A stretch of DNA of 64,000 nt from Gemmatimonadota bacterium (GTDB lineage Bacteria > Gemmatimonadota > Gemmatimonadetes > Palauibacterales > Palauibacteraceae). The stretch's first letter is position 1. Every line of letters begins with the position of its first letter. Shown one piece after another: positions 35,876 to 45,920 of this stretch. Position numbers and translations under genes: made by a program. The notes under the pieces were generated by a model. The model worked only from the letters and a program-made list of their open reading frames with translations. It was not told the DNA's origin and ran no database searches. The stretch lies in the NCBI GenBank assembly GCA_963666735.1, contig OY762926.1, positions 2,656,001-2,720,000 of the forward strand, written 5' to 3'.

Positions 35876-36591
35876 CGGGCTTCGTCGTATCCGGGATCTC
35901 CGGGCGCGAGCGGCGTCTCTCCAATGCCACTGACGCCGAGTCTGACCAGCGCGGGCTCCACTTGCACGTCGCTGAGCGCCGTCATGGCGTCCTCGACCGA
36001 GCGGAAGCCGGCGAGGCGCTCGATCGTCCTCGCCGTCGGGAACATCATCGGCAGCGTACCGGAGGAAGAGCGCCGGAGCGCCGAGGCCGGCGTCGTCCAG
36101 AGGGCCGCGTCGTGTTCCTGCGTCAGACTCACTGGGCGCGGCCGCTCCTCCAGCGAGAGGAGGAAGAAACGGGTGTCGAACCGCAGCGCCGCACCGCGCG
36201 GCGTGATCCAGCGTGAGAAGTACGCGATGCGCGTGGCCGAGAAGTCGAGGTCGAGACGCTCCGCCACGTGCGAGAAGGGGATCCGCTCCGTGAGCAACGC
36301 TCGACGCGCCTCGGCCACCGCGTCCGGGTCGAGGCCGCGCAGCGGCGCCGGCATGATGCCCGTCTCCTCGAACAGTTCCCGCAGCGCCGCCACGCACGCC
36401 GCGGCTTCGCCCACGCCTGGCAGTCGGTTCGCCCACATCGCGCGGGCGTCATCCTCGTCGATCGCACCCCCCGGGAAGGCCCACGCCCCCGCCCCGAACC
36501 TGGCGGCGCCGGGCCGCTGAAGGAGGAGGAACTCCAGCCCGGACGGCGCCCGGGTCGCGACGACGACGGTGGCGGCGGGCCGCGGAGTCAC
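35872..36591 (-). CDS. NUDIX hydrolase (NUDT19-like)
   Basis: PRPAATV, FPGGAID, ALRELFEETG, RWITP..RFDTRFF; start uncertain. Confidence 0.88.
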   Translation of the reverse strand: MTPRPAATVVVATRAPSGLEFLLLQRPGAARFGAGAWAFPGGAIDEDDARAMWANRLPGVGEAAACVAALRELFEETGIMPAPLRGLDPDAVAEARRALLTERIPFSHVAERLDLDFSATRIAYFSRWITPRGAALRFDTRFFLLSLEERPRPVSLTQEHDAALWTTPASALRRSSSGTLPMMFPTARTIERLAGFRSVEDAMTALSDVQVEPALVRLGVSGIGETPLAPGDPGYDEAR

Positions 36592-36641
36592 GGCGACCGG
36601 CCCGGGATTCCTGCCGGACTCATGCCGTCCGGAGGGGGCGC

Positions 36642-37403
36642 TCAAACTCCGCTGGCCACACGGGCGATGACCAGCAGGACCCCCAGCATCAGCAGGGCGA
36701 CCGGGAGGGCGGCCGCCAGCAGCCAGGCCGCCAAGGCTCTGCCGGTCGTCGTCCGGTGCGCTTCCCGCAGACCGATCACCGTCAGCACGACTCCCCAAAC
36801 GCCCGCCACCCAGCCGCCGACGAACGGGATGATGGCGAAGACGCCGGGTCCGCACGCATAGCAGATGGTGCGAACCGTGGCGATGAGGCTTCGACGCCCG
36901 GGCACCACCACCAGGACGAACACATGGAGGAGCAGGCTCGCAATGATGAGGTACAGCACCGCCCAGAAGGGGGTGAGGAAGAAGTCCGCGAGCCTGCCGG
37001 TAGAGCCGGCGCCGTCCGCCGCTTCCGGCAGCACCACGTTCATGATCTCGGCGAGCGTTTCTACGGCGCCCGGCTGTCCCGTCGGCAGCAACGTGCCCCA
37101 GGTCAGCGAGAGCGTCGCCGCGAGGACGCTGACGAGGAGATAGTAGAGGATTGGACGCACGGCGGGACGATCGAAGGGGCCGTCCGCAAAGAACGCCCCG
37201 GGCTCGAACACGCTCCGGCGCCACGTTTCCACCAGGTTGAGCGGGAACGGTACCGCCGGATCCTCCCATGCGGGCAGGTTGACGTCCGTCGCGCTCTCCC
37301 CGCCGCCCGCACGCTCCCCCTTGATGGTGGCCGCAGCCTCTCCACAGAACGGACAGCGGTCGAACGCCGCACTCTCGTGCCCGCACTTCGCGCACGTCAT
37401 CAT
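36642..37403 (-). CDS. YIP1 family membrane protein with N-terminal zinc ribbon
   Basis: CAKC..CPFC; PAWED; VFEPGAFF; about 5 TM segments. Confidence 0.85.
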   Translation of the reverse strand: MMTCAKCGHESAAFDRCPFCGEAAATIKGERAGGGESATDVNLPAWEDPAVPFPLNLVETWRRSVFEPGAFFADGPFDRPAVRPILYYLLVSVLAATLSLTWGTLLPTGQPGAVETLAEIMNVVLPEAADGAGSTGRLADFFLTPFWAVLYLIIASLLLHVFVLVVVPGRRSLIATVRTICYACGPGVFAIIPFVGGWVAGVWGVVLTVIGLREAHRTTTGRALAAWLLAAALPVALLMLGVLLVIARVASGV

Positions 37404-37414
37404 GCGTTCGCGCC

Positions 37415-38542
37415 TCAGTCGAGGATGCGCAGCGGCATGACGAGGCAGAGGTAGTCGGGTTCGTCACTCGCGGGGGAGAAGGTCGCCGCTCGTTCCGGCG
37501 CCTTGAACGTCATCCGAACATCCTCCTCCGGCATGTGACGCAGCACCTCGAGGAGGTACGTCGCATTGAACCCGATCTGGATGTCCTCGCCCTCGTAGTC
37601 CAGCGACAGGGCGTCCTCCGCCTCCCCGAGATCCGGCGTCTGAACCTTGAAACCGAGGTCGCCGGAACGGAAAGAGAGGCGTACGCGCCTCGTCGAATCG
37701 TCCGCCATCACCGCAACGCGCCGCACCGCGGTCTCGAGGGCCGCGCGGTTCACGATCGCAACCTTGTCGTTGTCGCTCGGGATGACCTGCTCGTAGTTCG
37801 GATACGGCCCCTCGATCAGCGACGTGAAGACCTCCCGATCCTCGGACCGGAACGCCAGATGGTTCTCCGAACGCGCGATCTGCAGTACCGTGTCGGCCGG
37901 ATACAGCTTCTGCACCTGGCCCAGCGCTTTCGGCGGGATGATGAGGTCCGCCTCGGCCGGCGGCCCCCTGACATCGAGTTCCCGTGACATCTTCGCGAGG
38001 CGGTGGCCGTTCGTTGCGACCATGACGGTCGCCGCACCGCGCAACTGCCACAGGATCCCGTTGAGAATCGGTCGGCTGTCCTCCGTGGATACGGCGAAAC
38101 TCGTCCGCTCGATCAGCGTCTGGAGCTCGCCGGCGGACATCTCCCAGCTGTCGGCGAAGTCGATCTCCGGGAAGTCCGGGAACTCGTCCGGGGCCTGCCC
38201 GTAGAGGCGGAACTTGCTCCGGCCGCACTCGATATCCACGCCCATGGCGGCTCCGTCGCGATTCCCATCCGCAGCCGCGAACTTAACCGGCGCATCGTCG
38301 AGCACGCGCGAGATCTCCAGGAGTTGTCTCGCGGGCAGCGCCACGACGCCCGCCTCGGAGATTTCGGTCGGTACGGACAGCGAGACGAAGATGGACATGT
38401 CCGTGCCGCTCAGCCGCACGGCGTCGTCCTCCGCATGGATCAGGATGTTCGAGAGAACCGGGAGAGCGGCTCGGGTCGGGACGGCGGCAGCGCTTGCCGC
38501 CAGACCCTTCTGGAGTGCCTCTCGGGTGATGGAGAATCTCAT
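37415..38542 (-). CDS. dnaN: DNA polymerase III beta clamp
   Basis: PVLSNILI, MVATNGHRLA, YPNYEQVIP, IGFNATYL, LVMPLR. Confidence 0.98.
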   Translation of the reverse strand: MRFSITREALQKGLAASAAAVPTRAALPVLSNILIHAEDDAVRLSGTDMSIFVSLSVPTEISEAGVVALPARQLLEISRVLDDAPVKFAAADGNRDGAAMGVDIECGRSKFRLYGQAPDEFPDFPEIDFADSWEMSAGELQTLIERTSFAVSTEDSRPILNGILWQLRGAATVMVATNGHRLAKMSRELDVRGPPAEADLIIPPKALGQVQKLYPADTVLQIARSENHLAFRSEDREVFTSLIEGPYPNYEQVIPSDNDKVAIVNRAALETAVRRVAVMADDSTRRVRLSFRSGDLGFKVQTPDLGEAEDALSLDYEGEDIQIGFNATYLLEVLRHMPEEDVRMTFKAPERAATFSPASDEPDYLCLVMPLRILD

Positions 38543-38855
38543 TTCAACTCCGGCGGTGTCGGTTCGGGTTTTCCACCCTGGGTTCTACGGTGGCGTATGA
38601 TATACGTATCAACGAAGTAGTAGTAGGGCCTGTCGAAGTGTCGAAAATTCGGGGTTTCCCTTGTTTCCCGTGGCCTGCGACGCAGCCGGCCGCTGTCGAC
38701 ACCTGTCGAGACGCGGACACGGGTTGTGGAAGCTCCGGCGAAACCCCGCCGCCGCCGCGGAGACCCTGCACCCGATGGTGCGCATGAGGAGCGAGTCTTC
38801 GTCCGGTTTTGCACAAATGGTGGCACATGTGGGACATGGTAATGGACGGGGGGCC
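38543..38855. other. Replication origin oriC
   Basis: dnaA-dnaN intergenic. AT-rich 38596-38612, DnaA-trios GAAG-TAG-TAG-TAG, GGCC spacer, tandem boxes TGTCGAAG/TGTCGAAAA (38631-38647). Further boxes at 38694, 38704, 38725, 38807 (TTTTGCACA) and 38828. Confidence 0.88.
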
Positions 38856-40237
38856 TCAGGTTCGGAATAACTCTTGCTGCAGCTGGCCGACGCGGCCGCG
38901 AAGCGTGGGATCGGAAGCCATGTCCGCCTCGACCTTGTTGACGGAGTGGATGACGGTGGAGTGATTCCTGCCGCCGAAGAGGTGGCCGATGTCGGAGTAG
39001 GGAAGGTCGAGATGTGTTTTGATGAGGTACATCGCGACCTGCCGCGGCACGGTCACGGTCCGGTTCCGCCGTTTTGAAACGAGCGCTTCCACGGAGACGC
39101 CCCACGAAGCGGCGATGCGGGCACGGACTTCCTCCGCGGACACTTCGATCACCTGCTCATCGGTGCCGTTGCCCTCCGGCCCCAGCGCGTCGCGTGCCAT
39201 GTCGAGCGAAATCTCGCGGCGCGTGAGCGAGCTGAAGGCGAGGAGCTTGATCAGGGCCCCCTCGAGTTGCCGCACGGACGTCCGCCGACTCCGCGCCACA
39301 TACTCGATGACATCGTCGTCGATCTCGATCCCGTCCTCCTCGGCCTTCTTCCGCAGGATGGCGGAGCGCGTCTCGAGGTCCGGGGGCTGGATGTCGGTGA
39401 CGAGACCCCACTCGAAACGGGAAACGAGGCGCTCCTGGAGCCCGGGGATGTCCTGCGGAGGCCGGTCGCTCGTGATGACGATCTGTTTCTTGGCGTCGTA
39501 GAGCGCGTTGAACGTGTGGAAGAACTCCTCCTGAGTCCTTCCTTGTTCGCGATGAAGTGGACGTCGTCGATGAGCAGGACGTCGATCCGGCGATAGCGCT
39601 CGCGGAAAAGGGCGGTCTGCCCGGTCCTGATCGCATCGATCATCTCGTTAGTGAACTGCTCCGAGGGGACGTAGGCGACCCGGCAATCGGGGAGTCGGTC
39701 GAGAATCGTGTTGCCGATGGCGTGCATCAGGTGTGTCTTGCCGAGACCCGTGCCGCCCCAGATGAAGAGCGGGTTGTATGTCGTGGCCGGTGCGGCGGCC
39801 ACGCGGTCCGACGCCGCGGCGGCGAGTTCGTTGCTGCCGCCGATGACGAAACGCGCAAAGGTGTAACGTTCGTTCAGCGCCGCCGCCGCCGGCAGGCCGC
39901 CGCGATTCGGCGTCTGCGAAGCCAGCGCGTGACCCGGGTCGCCGGGGTAGGGTTCCGTGATTTCGGGGAAGTCGAGACGCTCCTCGGCTCCCTTGTGCTC
40001 GAAGCGGAGTCGAAAGCTCGCGCCGAGCTCTCGCTCGGAGATCTCCCGCAGCAGCGGCCCGTACTTATCCTCGACCCATTCGACCGCGAACCTGGTCGGG
40101 GCGGAAACGACGAGCGTGTCGTCGGATAGCGAGACAGCCTCGGTCGATCCGAGCCAGGTGCGATAGGTCTGCTCCGGGAGCACGAGCTTCGCCGATGCGC
40201 GAATCTTGATCCAGGCCTCGTGTGCAGTCAGCTCCAT
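38856..40237 (-). CDS. dnaA: Chromosomal replication initiator; 1-nt frameshift near 39537 (likely assembly error)
   Basis: YNPLFIWGGTGLGKTHL, LLIDDVHF. Adding one base restores KEGTQEEFFHTFN...RLVSRFEWGL; domain IV FGGRNHSTVIH. Confidence 0.95.
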
Positions 40238-40283
40238 CCGTGACGCGCCGGCATGAGAAAAAGACGGTGGGATAGGGGTTCTG

Positions 40284-40313
40284 ATCTTAGGCGAAACCGC
40301 CGACGAGTGTCAA
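40284..40313 (-). promoter_or_regulatory. sigma70-type promoter of dnaA
   Basis: TTGACA-N18-TAAGAT. Confidence 0.75.
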
Positions 40314-40401
40314 CGAAGGGGAAGGGGCTCGCGCCGCGCCGCGTGGAGGGCTGGCGGCAGACGGCGGAGGCGGGTGCCGGGGCCGGCGTCGACGGGCCGA
40401 A

Positions 40402-40430
40402 TTGACAGTATCCGGCGTCACGTCTAGACT
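40402..40430 (+). promoter_or_regulatory. sigma70-type promoter of rpmH operon
   Basis: TTGACA-N17-TAGACT. Confidence 0.8.
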
Positions 40431-40486
40431 CCCGGGCTGGCCTCGAAAACTTGACGAGATGACCGGAAAGCCTCGGGTGATGTGAG

Positions 40487-40660
40487 ATGGGAAAGCCCAC
40501 ATACAGCAAGCCGACCAACAGGAAGCGCGTTCGCGATCATGGATTCCGGGCGCGCATGAAGACGAAGGCGGGCCGCCGCACGCTGTCGCGCCGCAGAAGG
40601 AAGGGTCGAACTCGGCTCACCGTCAGTGACGCGTTCCGTCGCAAGCGACGAAGCCGCTAG
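40487..40660 (+). CDS. rpmH: 50S ribosomal protein L34
   Basis: Manual translation [57 protein letters not shown]; divergent from dnaA. Confidence 0.95.
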   Translation: MGKPTYSKPTNRKRVRDHGFRARMKTKAGRRTLSRRRRKGRTRLTVSDAFRRKRRSR

Positions 40661-41030
40661 CGGGCGTCCGCCCGAAGGCTTTCGACGGCCTCGCGCGGCT
40701 CGGCTGCGCACAGCACGGGAGATTCGCCGAACCATCCGTGGGGGCCGATGCAGCCGGGGCCGCATCGTGGACGTGTTCTTCGTTCCGTCTCCCGCCGGTC
40801 GCTCCAGAGTCGGGGTTGTGACGCCTCGCCACGGGCGCGACGCGGTCGCGCGAAACCTTGTACGCCGACGTCTGACCGAGATCGCTCGCATTCACATCTT
40901 GCCCGCCCTTGAAGCCCGCCGGCTCGACCTCGATCTGGTCGTGAGAGCGAAACCGGCCGCCTATGACGCCTCGTATCAGAGGCTTCAAGTGACGTTGATG
41001 GATTCGCTGGAGGCCGTATGCGCAGGATGA
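40626..41030 (+). CDS. rnpA: RNase P protein component
   Basis: [19 protein letters not shown] motif; synteny; start uncertain. Confidence 0.92.
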   Translation: MTRSVASDEAASGRPPEGFRRPRAARLRTAREIRRTIRGGRCSRGRIVDVFFVPSPAGRSRVGVVTPRHGRDAVARNLVRRRLTEIARIHILPALEARRLDLDLVVRAKPAAYDASYQRLQVTLMDSLEAVCAG

Positions 41031-41239
41031 TCATCGGAGCGATTCGCGGCTACCAGCTGGTCGTTTCTCCCTGGTTGCCGCCCGCCTGCCGATACGAGCC
41101 GAGTTGCTCGGAATACGCCTTGACCGCGGTGCGGCGCTTCGGCGCCGGCCGGGGGGCGTGGCTGTGCGTGCGGCGTCTTCTTCGCTGTCACCCCCTCGGG
41201 TCGTGCGGCTACGACCCGGTTCCCGCACGGGAGCACTGA
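41018..41239 (+). CDS. yidD: Membrane protein insertion efficiency factor
   Basis: CRYEPSCSEY, RCHPLG.GYDPVP. Confidence 0.95.
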   Translation: MRRMIIGAIRGYQLVVSPWLPPACRYEPSCSEYALTAVRRFGAGRGAWLCVRRLLRCHPLGSCGYDPVPAREH

Positions 41240-42960
41240 TGGAACGCAGGCTCCTTCTGGCCATAGCGCTGATGGTCGGCGTGATGATCCTCTCCAACGT
41301 GTTCTTCCCGCCGGCCGAAAGGCCGCTGGAACCGGTGTCGCCCGACCGCGTGGAGACGCCGGAAACCCCGAGCGTGGAGGACGAGGTGAGCCGTCTTTCC
41401 GCCGAGGAAAGGGCGGCCCGGGAGGTGACGGCGGCTCTGGCCGAGGCGGAGGAAACACCCGCAGTGGTGCAGGGGACGGAGGAAGCCGCTCCCGCAGCCG
41501 GGGAAAGCTCGATCGTCACGGTTCGGTCGGAACTGTACGAGTACCGGTTCGACACGCGGGGCGCGCGACTCGTGGGCGCGACGATGCTCGCGCACGAGAA
41601 CTTCGCCGAGGGTGGACACGGCGGCCGCAACGTCGAGCTGGTGCGGCCCGACGATTCGATCCTCGCCTACGCGTTGACGCTGCGTGGCGACACCGTCTCT
41701 CTTGCCGCGCTTGCGTTCACTGCGTCGACGTCCAGGCTCGAGGTGAGGGACGGACCCGCGGAACTGCGTTTCGAGACGGTCATCGGCGAGGTCACCTTCG
41801 ATGTTTCGTATCGCTTCCAACCGGACGATTACCGGATCGACGCGAGCGGCGGTCTGCGCGGAGTGGGAGACGTGGGGCACGTCGTTCTCGTAGGCCTCGG
41901 CCGCGGGATCGAGCGAAACGAGGCCGTGCCCCGGGACGACAGGGCCGCGATGTCGCTCGTCACCCGCAGCCGCTCGGGACAGATCGCGGCCGAGCGACTG
42001 GACCGCGTGGACAGCGACGAGACGAGGCCGGCCTCCGGCGCTCCCTTCAGTTGGGCCGCGTCGAAATCGAAGTACTGGCTCGCCGCCGTTGTGGCGGCCC
42101 CGGAGGGCCCGGGCATCGGCGGGGTGATGCTGCAGGGCGCGCCCGAGGAGGACGCAGCGGAGATGCACGCGGCGCTGCCGGTACCCGCGGGCAGTTCCGG
42201 CTTCGAGTACGCGGCGTACGTCGGGCCACAGGATTTCGCGCGGCTACAGGCCATGGGGCAGGAACTCCACAACGTGAACCCCGTCGGCTGGCGCTGGCTC
42301 CGGTGGTTCACCCGGCCGTTCGGGAACCTGATCGTCGGGATCCTGATCTGGATGCACGAGTCGTTCTCGCTGGCGTACGGCTGGGTTCTGATCCTGTTCG
42401 GCATAGGGTCGCGGATCATCCTGTCGCCGCTGTTCCACATCTCGGGCCGCGCGCAGATGAAGCAGATGGCGCTGCAGCCGGAGGTCGAGAAGCTGAAGGA
42501 ACGTTACAAGGGCGACCCGCAGCGACTGCAGCAGGAGCAGATGAAGCTCTTCCGGGAACACGGGGTCAACCCGCTGGGCGGCTGTCTGCCCATGTTCCTG
42601 CCTCTCCCGATCCTGATCACGCTGTTCTTCGTGTTCCAGAACACGATCGAGTTCCGGGGCGTCCCCTTCCTGTGGCTTACCGACCTGTCGCTGAGAGATC
42701 CGCTCTTCATCGTCCCGGTCCTGATGGGCGGCTCAATGCTCGGGTTGAACTGGATCACCCAGCGGGGCATACAGACGAACGCGCAGATGAAGATGATCTC
42801 CTACGTGCTGCCCGTCGTCTTCACCTTCTTCTTCGCGAACCTCGCGGCCGGGCTGAACCTGTACTACACGGCCTCCAACATCATGTCGCTCCCGCAGCAG
42901 ATGTACCTCTCCCGGGCACGAAGGAACGCACAGCCGCCGTCAGCCCGAAAGAAGGGATAG
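41239..42960 (+). CDS. yidC: Membrane protein insertase
   Basis: MERRLLLA, LQPEV..LKERYK, VNPLGGCLP, FLWLTDLS.DP, GLNLYY. Confidence 0.97.
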   Translation: MERRLLLAIALMVGVMILSNVFFPPAERPLEPVSPDRVETPETPSVEDEVSRLSAEERAAREVTAALAEAEETPAVVQGTEEAAPAAGESSIVTVRSELYEYRFDTRGARLVGATMLAHENFAEGGHGGRNVELVRPDDSILAYALTLRGDTVSLAALAFTASTSRLEVRDGPAELRFETVIGEVTFDVSYRFQPDDYRIDASGGLRGVGDVGHVVLVGLGRGIERNEAVPRDDRAAMSLVTRSRSGQIAAERLDRVDSDETRPASGAPFSWAASKSKYWLAAVVAAPEGPGIGGVMLQGAPEEDAAEMHAALPVPAGSSGFEYAAYVGPQDFARLQAMGQELHNVNPVGWRWLRWFTRPFGNLIVGILIWMHESFSLAYGWVLILFGIGSRIILSPLFHISGRAQMKQMALQPEVEKLKERYKGDPQRLQQEQMKLFREHGVNPLGGCLPMFLPLPILITLFFVFQNTIEFRGVPFLWLTDLSLRDPLFIVPVLMGGSMLGLNWITQRGIQTNAQMKMISYVLPVVFTFFFANLAAGLNLYYTASNIMSLPQQMYLSRARRNAQPPSARKKG

Positions 42961-43007
42961 CGCCGGGGCATGCCGGAGGGGGTCGTCGCCGGGTCGTCAG
43001 CGCCTCG

Positions 43008-43859
43008 TCACCGCACGTGGGAGACGGAGAGCCCGATCAGGCGCTCGGACTGCCGGAGGAACTGCTCCGCGCGGGACGGACCGAAGCCCAGGAGCAATCC
43101 GACGCGCGTCCCCCGACCCAGCCCGGCCCCGAGTTCCGCCGCAATGGCGGGCTCCCACTCCAGTTCCGCCCAGCCGAAGTAGTCGACCGAAGCGTGGAAA
43201 CGCGCCCGCGCACCCGGCGCCGATTCCCAGACGGCGCCCGCGCGCAGCGACAGGGGCTCGAAGTCCGGGGTGGCGCGCAGCAGCACTCCCGGGCCTCCGT
43301 AGACGGTGAGGCCGGATGCCGGAGATCCCTGGAGCATGAGCTCCAGCCCCTCGCGGCTCGTGCTGATGGGACGGGCGCCCGTGTCCAGGAGGAATTCGTC
43401 TCCGAGATGCGAACTCACGTGATAGAGTTCGGCACGAGCCGCAACCTCCCCGAAACGCGCGCGGAAGAGAGCCCCGATCCGGTAATGCACTTCGATGAGG
43501 GCCTGATCCGGACCGCCGAGGTCGAAGCGGGAGAACGCACCTCCGTGAATCGCTCCCGCGTACTCCACCTCCCCGGTCGGATCGCGCCGGATCCAGAACG
43601 CGAGGCGGTCGCCGACATCGGCGAGAGCAATGCCGTCACGGAGCGAGTCACGCGTCGCGCCCAGCAGCGCGAGACGATGCACGGGCTCGAGGGGGGAGCC
43701 CGCAGGGGTGCGGAACGGGTGGCCGCTCGCGTCCCGGATGCCGCTTGCCGCACCGCGGTGCGCCTGCCCGGCAAGCGGGCGCACCGCGGCGACGGGCACG
43801 GCCAGCAGGAACAAGCCGACCGCGAGACCGCGCTGGAGCTTCAAGCGGCGCGCTGACAC
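43008..43859 (-). CDS. DUF1207-like exported protein
   Basis: Signal peptide; YHVSSHLGDEF motif. Confidence 0.7.
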   Translation of the reverse strand: MSARRLKLQRGLAVGLFLLAVPVAAVRPLAGQAHRGAASGIRDASGHPFRTPAGSPLEPVHRLALLGATRDSLRDGIALADVGDRLAFWIRRDPTGEVEYAGAIHGGAFSRFDLGGPDQALIEVHYRIGALFRARFGEVAARAELYHVSSHLGDEFLLDTGARPISTSREGLELMLQGSPASGLTVYGGPGVLLRATPDFEPLSLRAGAVWESAPGARARFHASVDYFGWAELEWEPAIAAELGAGLGRGTRVGLLLGFGPSRAEQFLRQSERLIGLSVSHVR

Positions 43860-44638
43860 CTCGGGCAGAGCACGGTTTTCCGGCCGGTCACGCGGACGGA
43901 CGTCAACTCATGTCGGCACCGCGGGCAGGCGCCCCCCGACGAGCGTGAGTTGATCAGCCACCCGGGATCGGAATGGGCCGCACTCCAGTGAAGTGTGGCC
44001 CGCCTCAAAACCCGCTTCAGGTAGCGGTGAAGCCGATCGAGCTGCGCAGGCTCCAGTTGGCCGACCCGACGGTCGGGGCGGACGCCGGCCTGGAAGCAGA
44101 TTTCGTCCGCGTAGTCGTTGCCGATCCCCGCAATCGCTTTCTGGTTCAGGAGAAAGCCCTTGACGCTGGCGCGGGCATTCCCCTCCGCAAGCGCCTCGAA
44201 GCGCGCAAGCGTCAGGTCGTCGCTCAGCGGGTCTACCCCCAAGCTCTGGAGCGTCCCCTTCTCGTTGAATTCGCTTCCCGCTACGGCCTGGACCGTCCCC
44301 TGCGAGCCGGATGACGAAAAGCGGAGTTCTCTGCCGGCCGCAAACTGGAAGCGGATCCGCGTCCGATCGGTGGGAGGAGCCGTCTGGGATTCGAGGCGCA
44401 AGAGACCGTCATCCCCCATGTCGAACATGAGGCTGTAGTCCGAACGGAAGCGGAGGACGACGTAGCGACCGTGGCGTTCAACGGAGTCTACGGCGTGGTT
44501 CTCAAGGTGATTCTCGACGATATCGCGCTCGATCGAGGCGACATCCGGATCGTCGATCCGGATTATGGAGATCGTCTTGCCGGTCGTGTAACCGGCAATG
44601 CGCTCGATCATTCTCTCAACATCGGGAAGTTCTATCAT
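43841..44638 (-). CDS. Fpg/Nei-family DNA glycosylase-like protein with atypical N-terminus
   Basis: MIELPDVE; H2TH LLNQKAIAGIGNDYADE; zinc finger CPRC..CPRCQ. Confidence 0.85.
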   Translation of the reverse strand: MIELPDVERMIERIAGYTTGKTISIIRIDDPDVASIERDIVENHLENHAVDSVERHGRYVVLRFRSDYSLMFDMGDDGLLRLESQTAPPTDRTRIRFQFAAGRELRFSSSGSQGTVQAVAGSEFNEKGTLQSLGVDPLSDDLTLARFEALAEGNARASVKGFLLNQKAIAGIGNDYADEICFQAGVRPDRRVGQLEPAQLDRLHRYLKRVLRRATLHWSAAHSDPGWLINSRSSGGACPRCRHELTSVRVTGRKTVLCPRCQRAA

Positions 44639-44852
44639 TGCATCACGGCTCCGGTAGGCAAGACTGAGTGCAGATAGCCGTACCCCCGTACGGAAGAAAA
44701 GTGCCCCGTGCTTCACGAGAGGCCGAGCAACGAGTATCGCCATCGGGTCTCAACGCCGTGTCAACGCTGCCGCGAAACTCCGGGCGTCCGGAGTTTCGGT
44801 AATGTCCATAACCGTAGGTACAATAACGGGTTATGGTACTTGCGATGCGCGA

Positions 44853-45590
44853 TTAGGGGACCCGTCGAAACCAGGCGGATATTCTCTCCTGAACCGACGC
44901 CGCGGCCCGTGCGGGATCCGCAGCGTTTCGGATGGGTCGGCCCATGACGATGTAGTCGGCCCCGGCCTCGAACGCGGTCTCCACATCCACGGTGCGTTTC
45001 TGGTCATCGGCGCCGGCTTCCGTCGCCGCGCGGATGCCCGGGACGACGATGCGAAACGGATGGGACACCGCCGCGCGAATTGGAGCCGCCTCATGACCGG
45101 AACTGATGACACCGGCGCAGCCGACACTCTCCGCCCGACGGGCGCGCGAGAGGACGACGGCCCCAATGTCGGCTTCAAAGCCCAGGTCCTCCATGTCCGC
45201 CCGGTCGAGACTCGTGAGAACGGTCACCGCCAGGATTCCGAGGTCGCCGTCCGCGGCGTCGCAGGCCGCACGCAGGATTGCATCGTTGCCGTGCACGGTG
45301 ACGAAATCCACGTCCCGGGTTCGCAGCTGTCGGACAGCGGAGCGGACCGTCTGGGGAACATCGAAGAGTTTGAGGTCGGCAAACACTCTCTTGTCCCTGG
45401 AGCGAAGCCAGTCGGCCAGCTCGAAGTACCCGCCGGAAAGGAAGAGCTCCAAGCCGATCTTGTAGAAGGAAACGGTGTCGGCCAGCGAATCGACGATCTC
45501 ACGCGCCTCCGAGGCAGTGGGAACATCGAGCGCGAGGATCAAGCGGTCGGTCGCGGGGATGGTTGTGGAGATGTCGGCCTCCCGAAACAA
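44853..45590 (-). CDS. pyrF: Orotidine-5'-phosphate decarboxylase
   Basis: LILALD, DLKLFDVPQTV, VTVLTS, PGIR, DDQKR, MGRPI. Confidence 0.96.
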   Translation of the reverse strand: MFREADISTTIPATDRLILALDVPTASEAREIVDSLADTVSFYKIGLELFLSGGYFELADWLRSRDKRVFADLKLFDVPQTVRSAVRQLRTRDVDFVTVHGNDAILRAACDAADGDLGILAVTVLTSLDRADMEDLGFEADIGAVVLSRARRAESVGCAGVISSGHEAAPIRAAVSHPFRIVVPGIRAATEAGADDQKRTVDVETAFEAGADYIVMGRPIRNAADPARAAASVQERISAWFRRVP

Positions 45591-45703
45591 GTTGCCGCGG
45601 TGGTGGTTGCCGGTGGAGCCAAAGAGCCAACCAGGGCGAGTGGAGGACGAAGCTCTTTCTCGGCGTGCATGCCTGCAAGGGGCCGACGCCGATGTCGAGT
45701 CAT

Positions 45704-45719
45704 GGTTTCACGTGAAACA
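45704..45719. promoter_or_regulatory. parS centromere site
   Basis: GGTTTCACGTGAAACA, 15/16 to TGTTTCACGTGAAACA, about 200 bp upstream of parA. Confidence 0.9.
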
Positions 45720-45920
45720 TGTCCCCGGGCCTGATTCCCGGTCGCCCGGGTTGCGAGAGCGCCGTATATTGGATTTCTCATGGGAGATGACGTTCCGTAG
45801 CGCGATGACCCCACTCCCCGCGCTCGATCGTCATGGCACTAATTCGTTACGAAGTATACGCTTACAAGTGCATGTCGGTTCACATCGCCACGTGCGGCGA
45901 TCAGCAGGGGGCGGATTGAT

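Noticed and set aside
39530..39545. Programmed ribosomal frameshift in dnaA
   Set aside because: No slippery heptamer or obvious stimulator, and similar single-base indels recur in unrelated genes.
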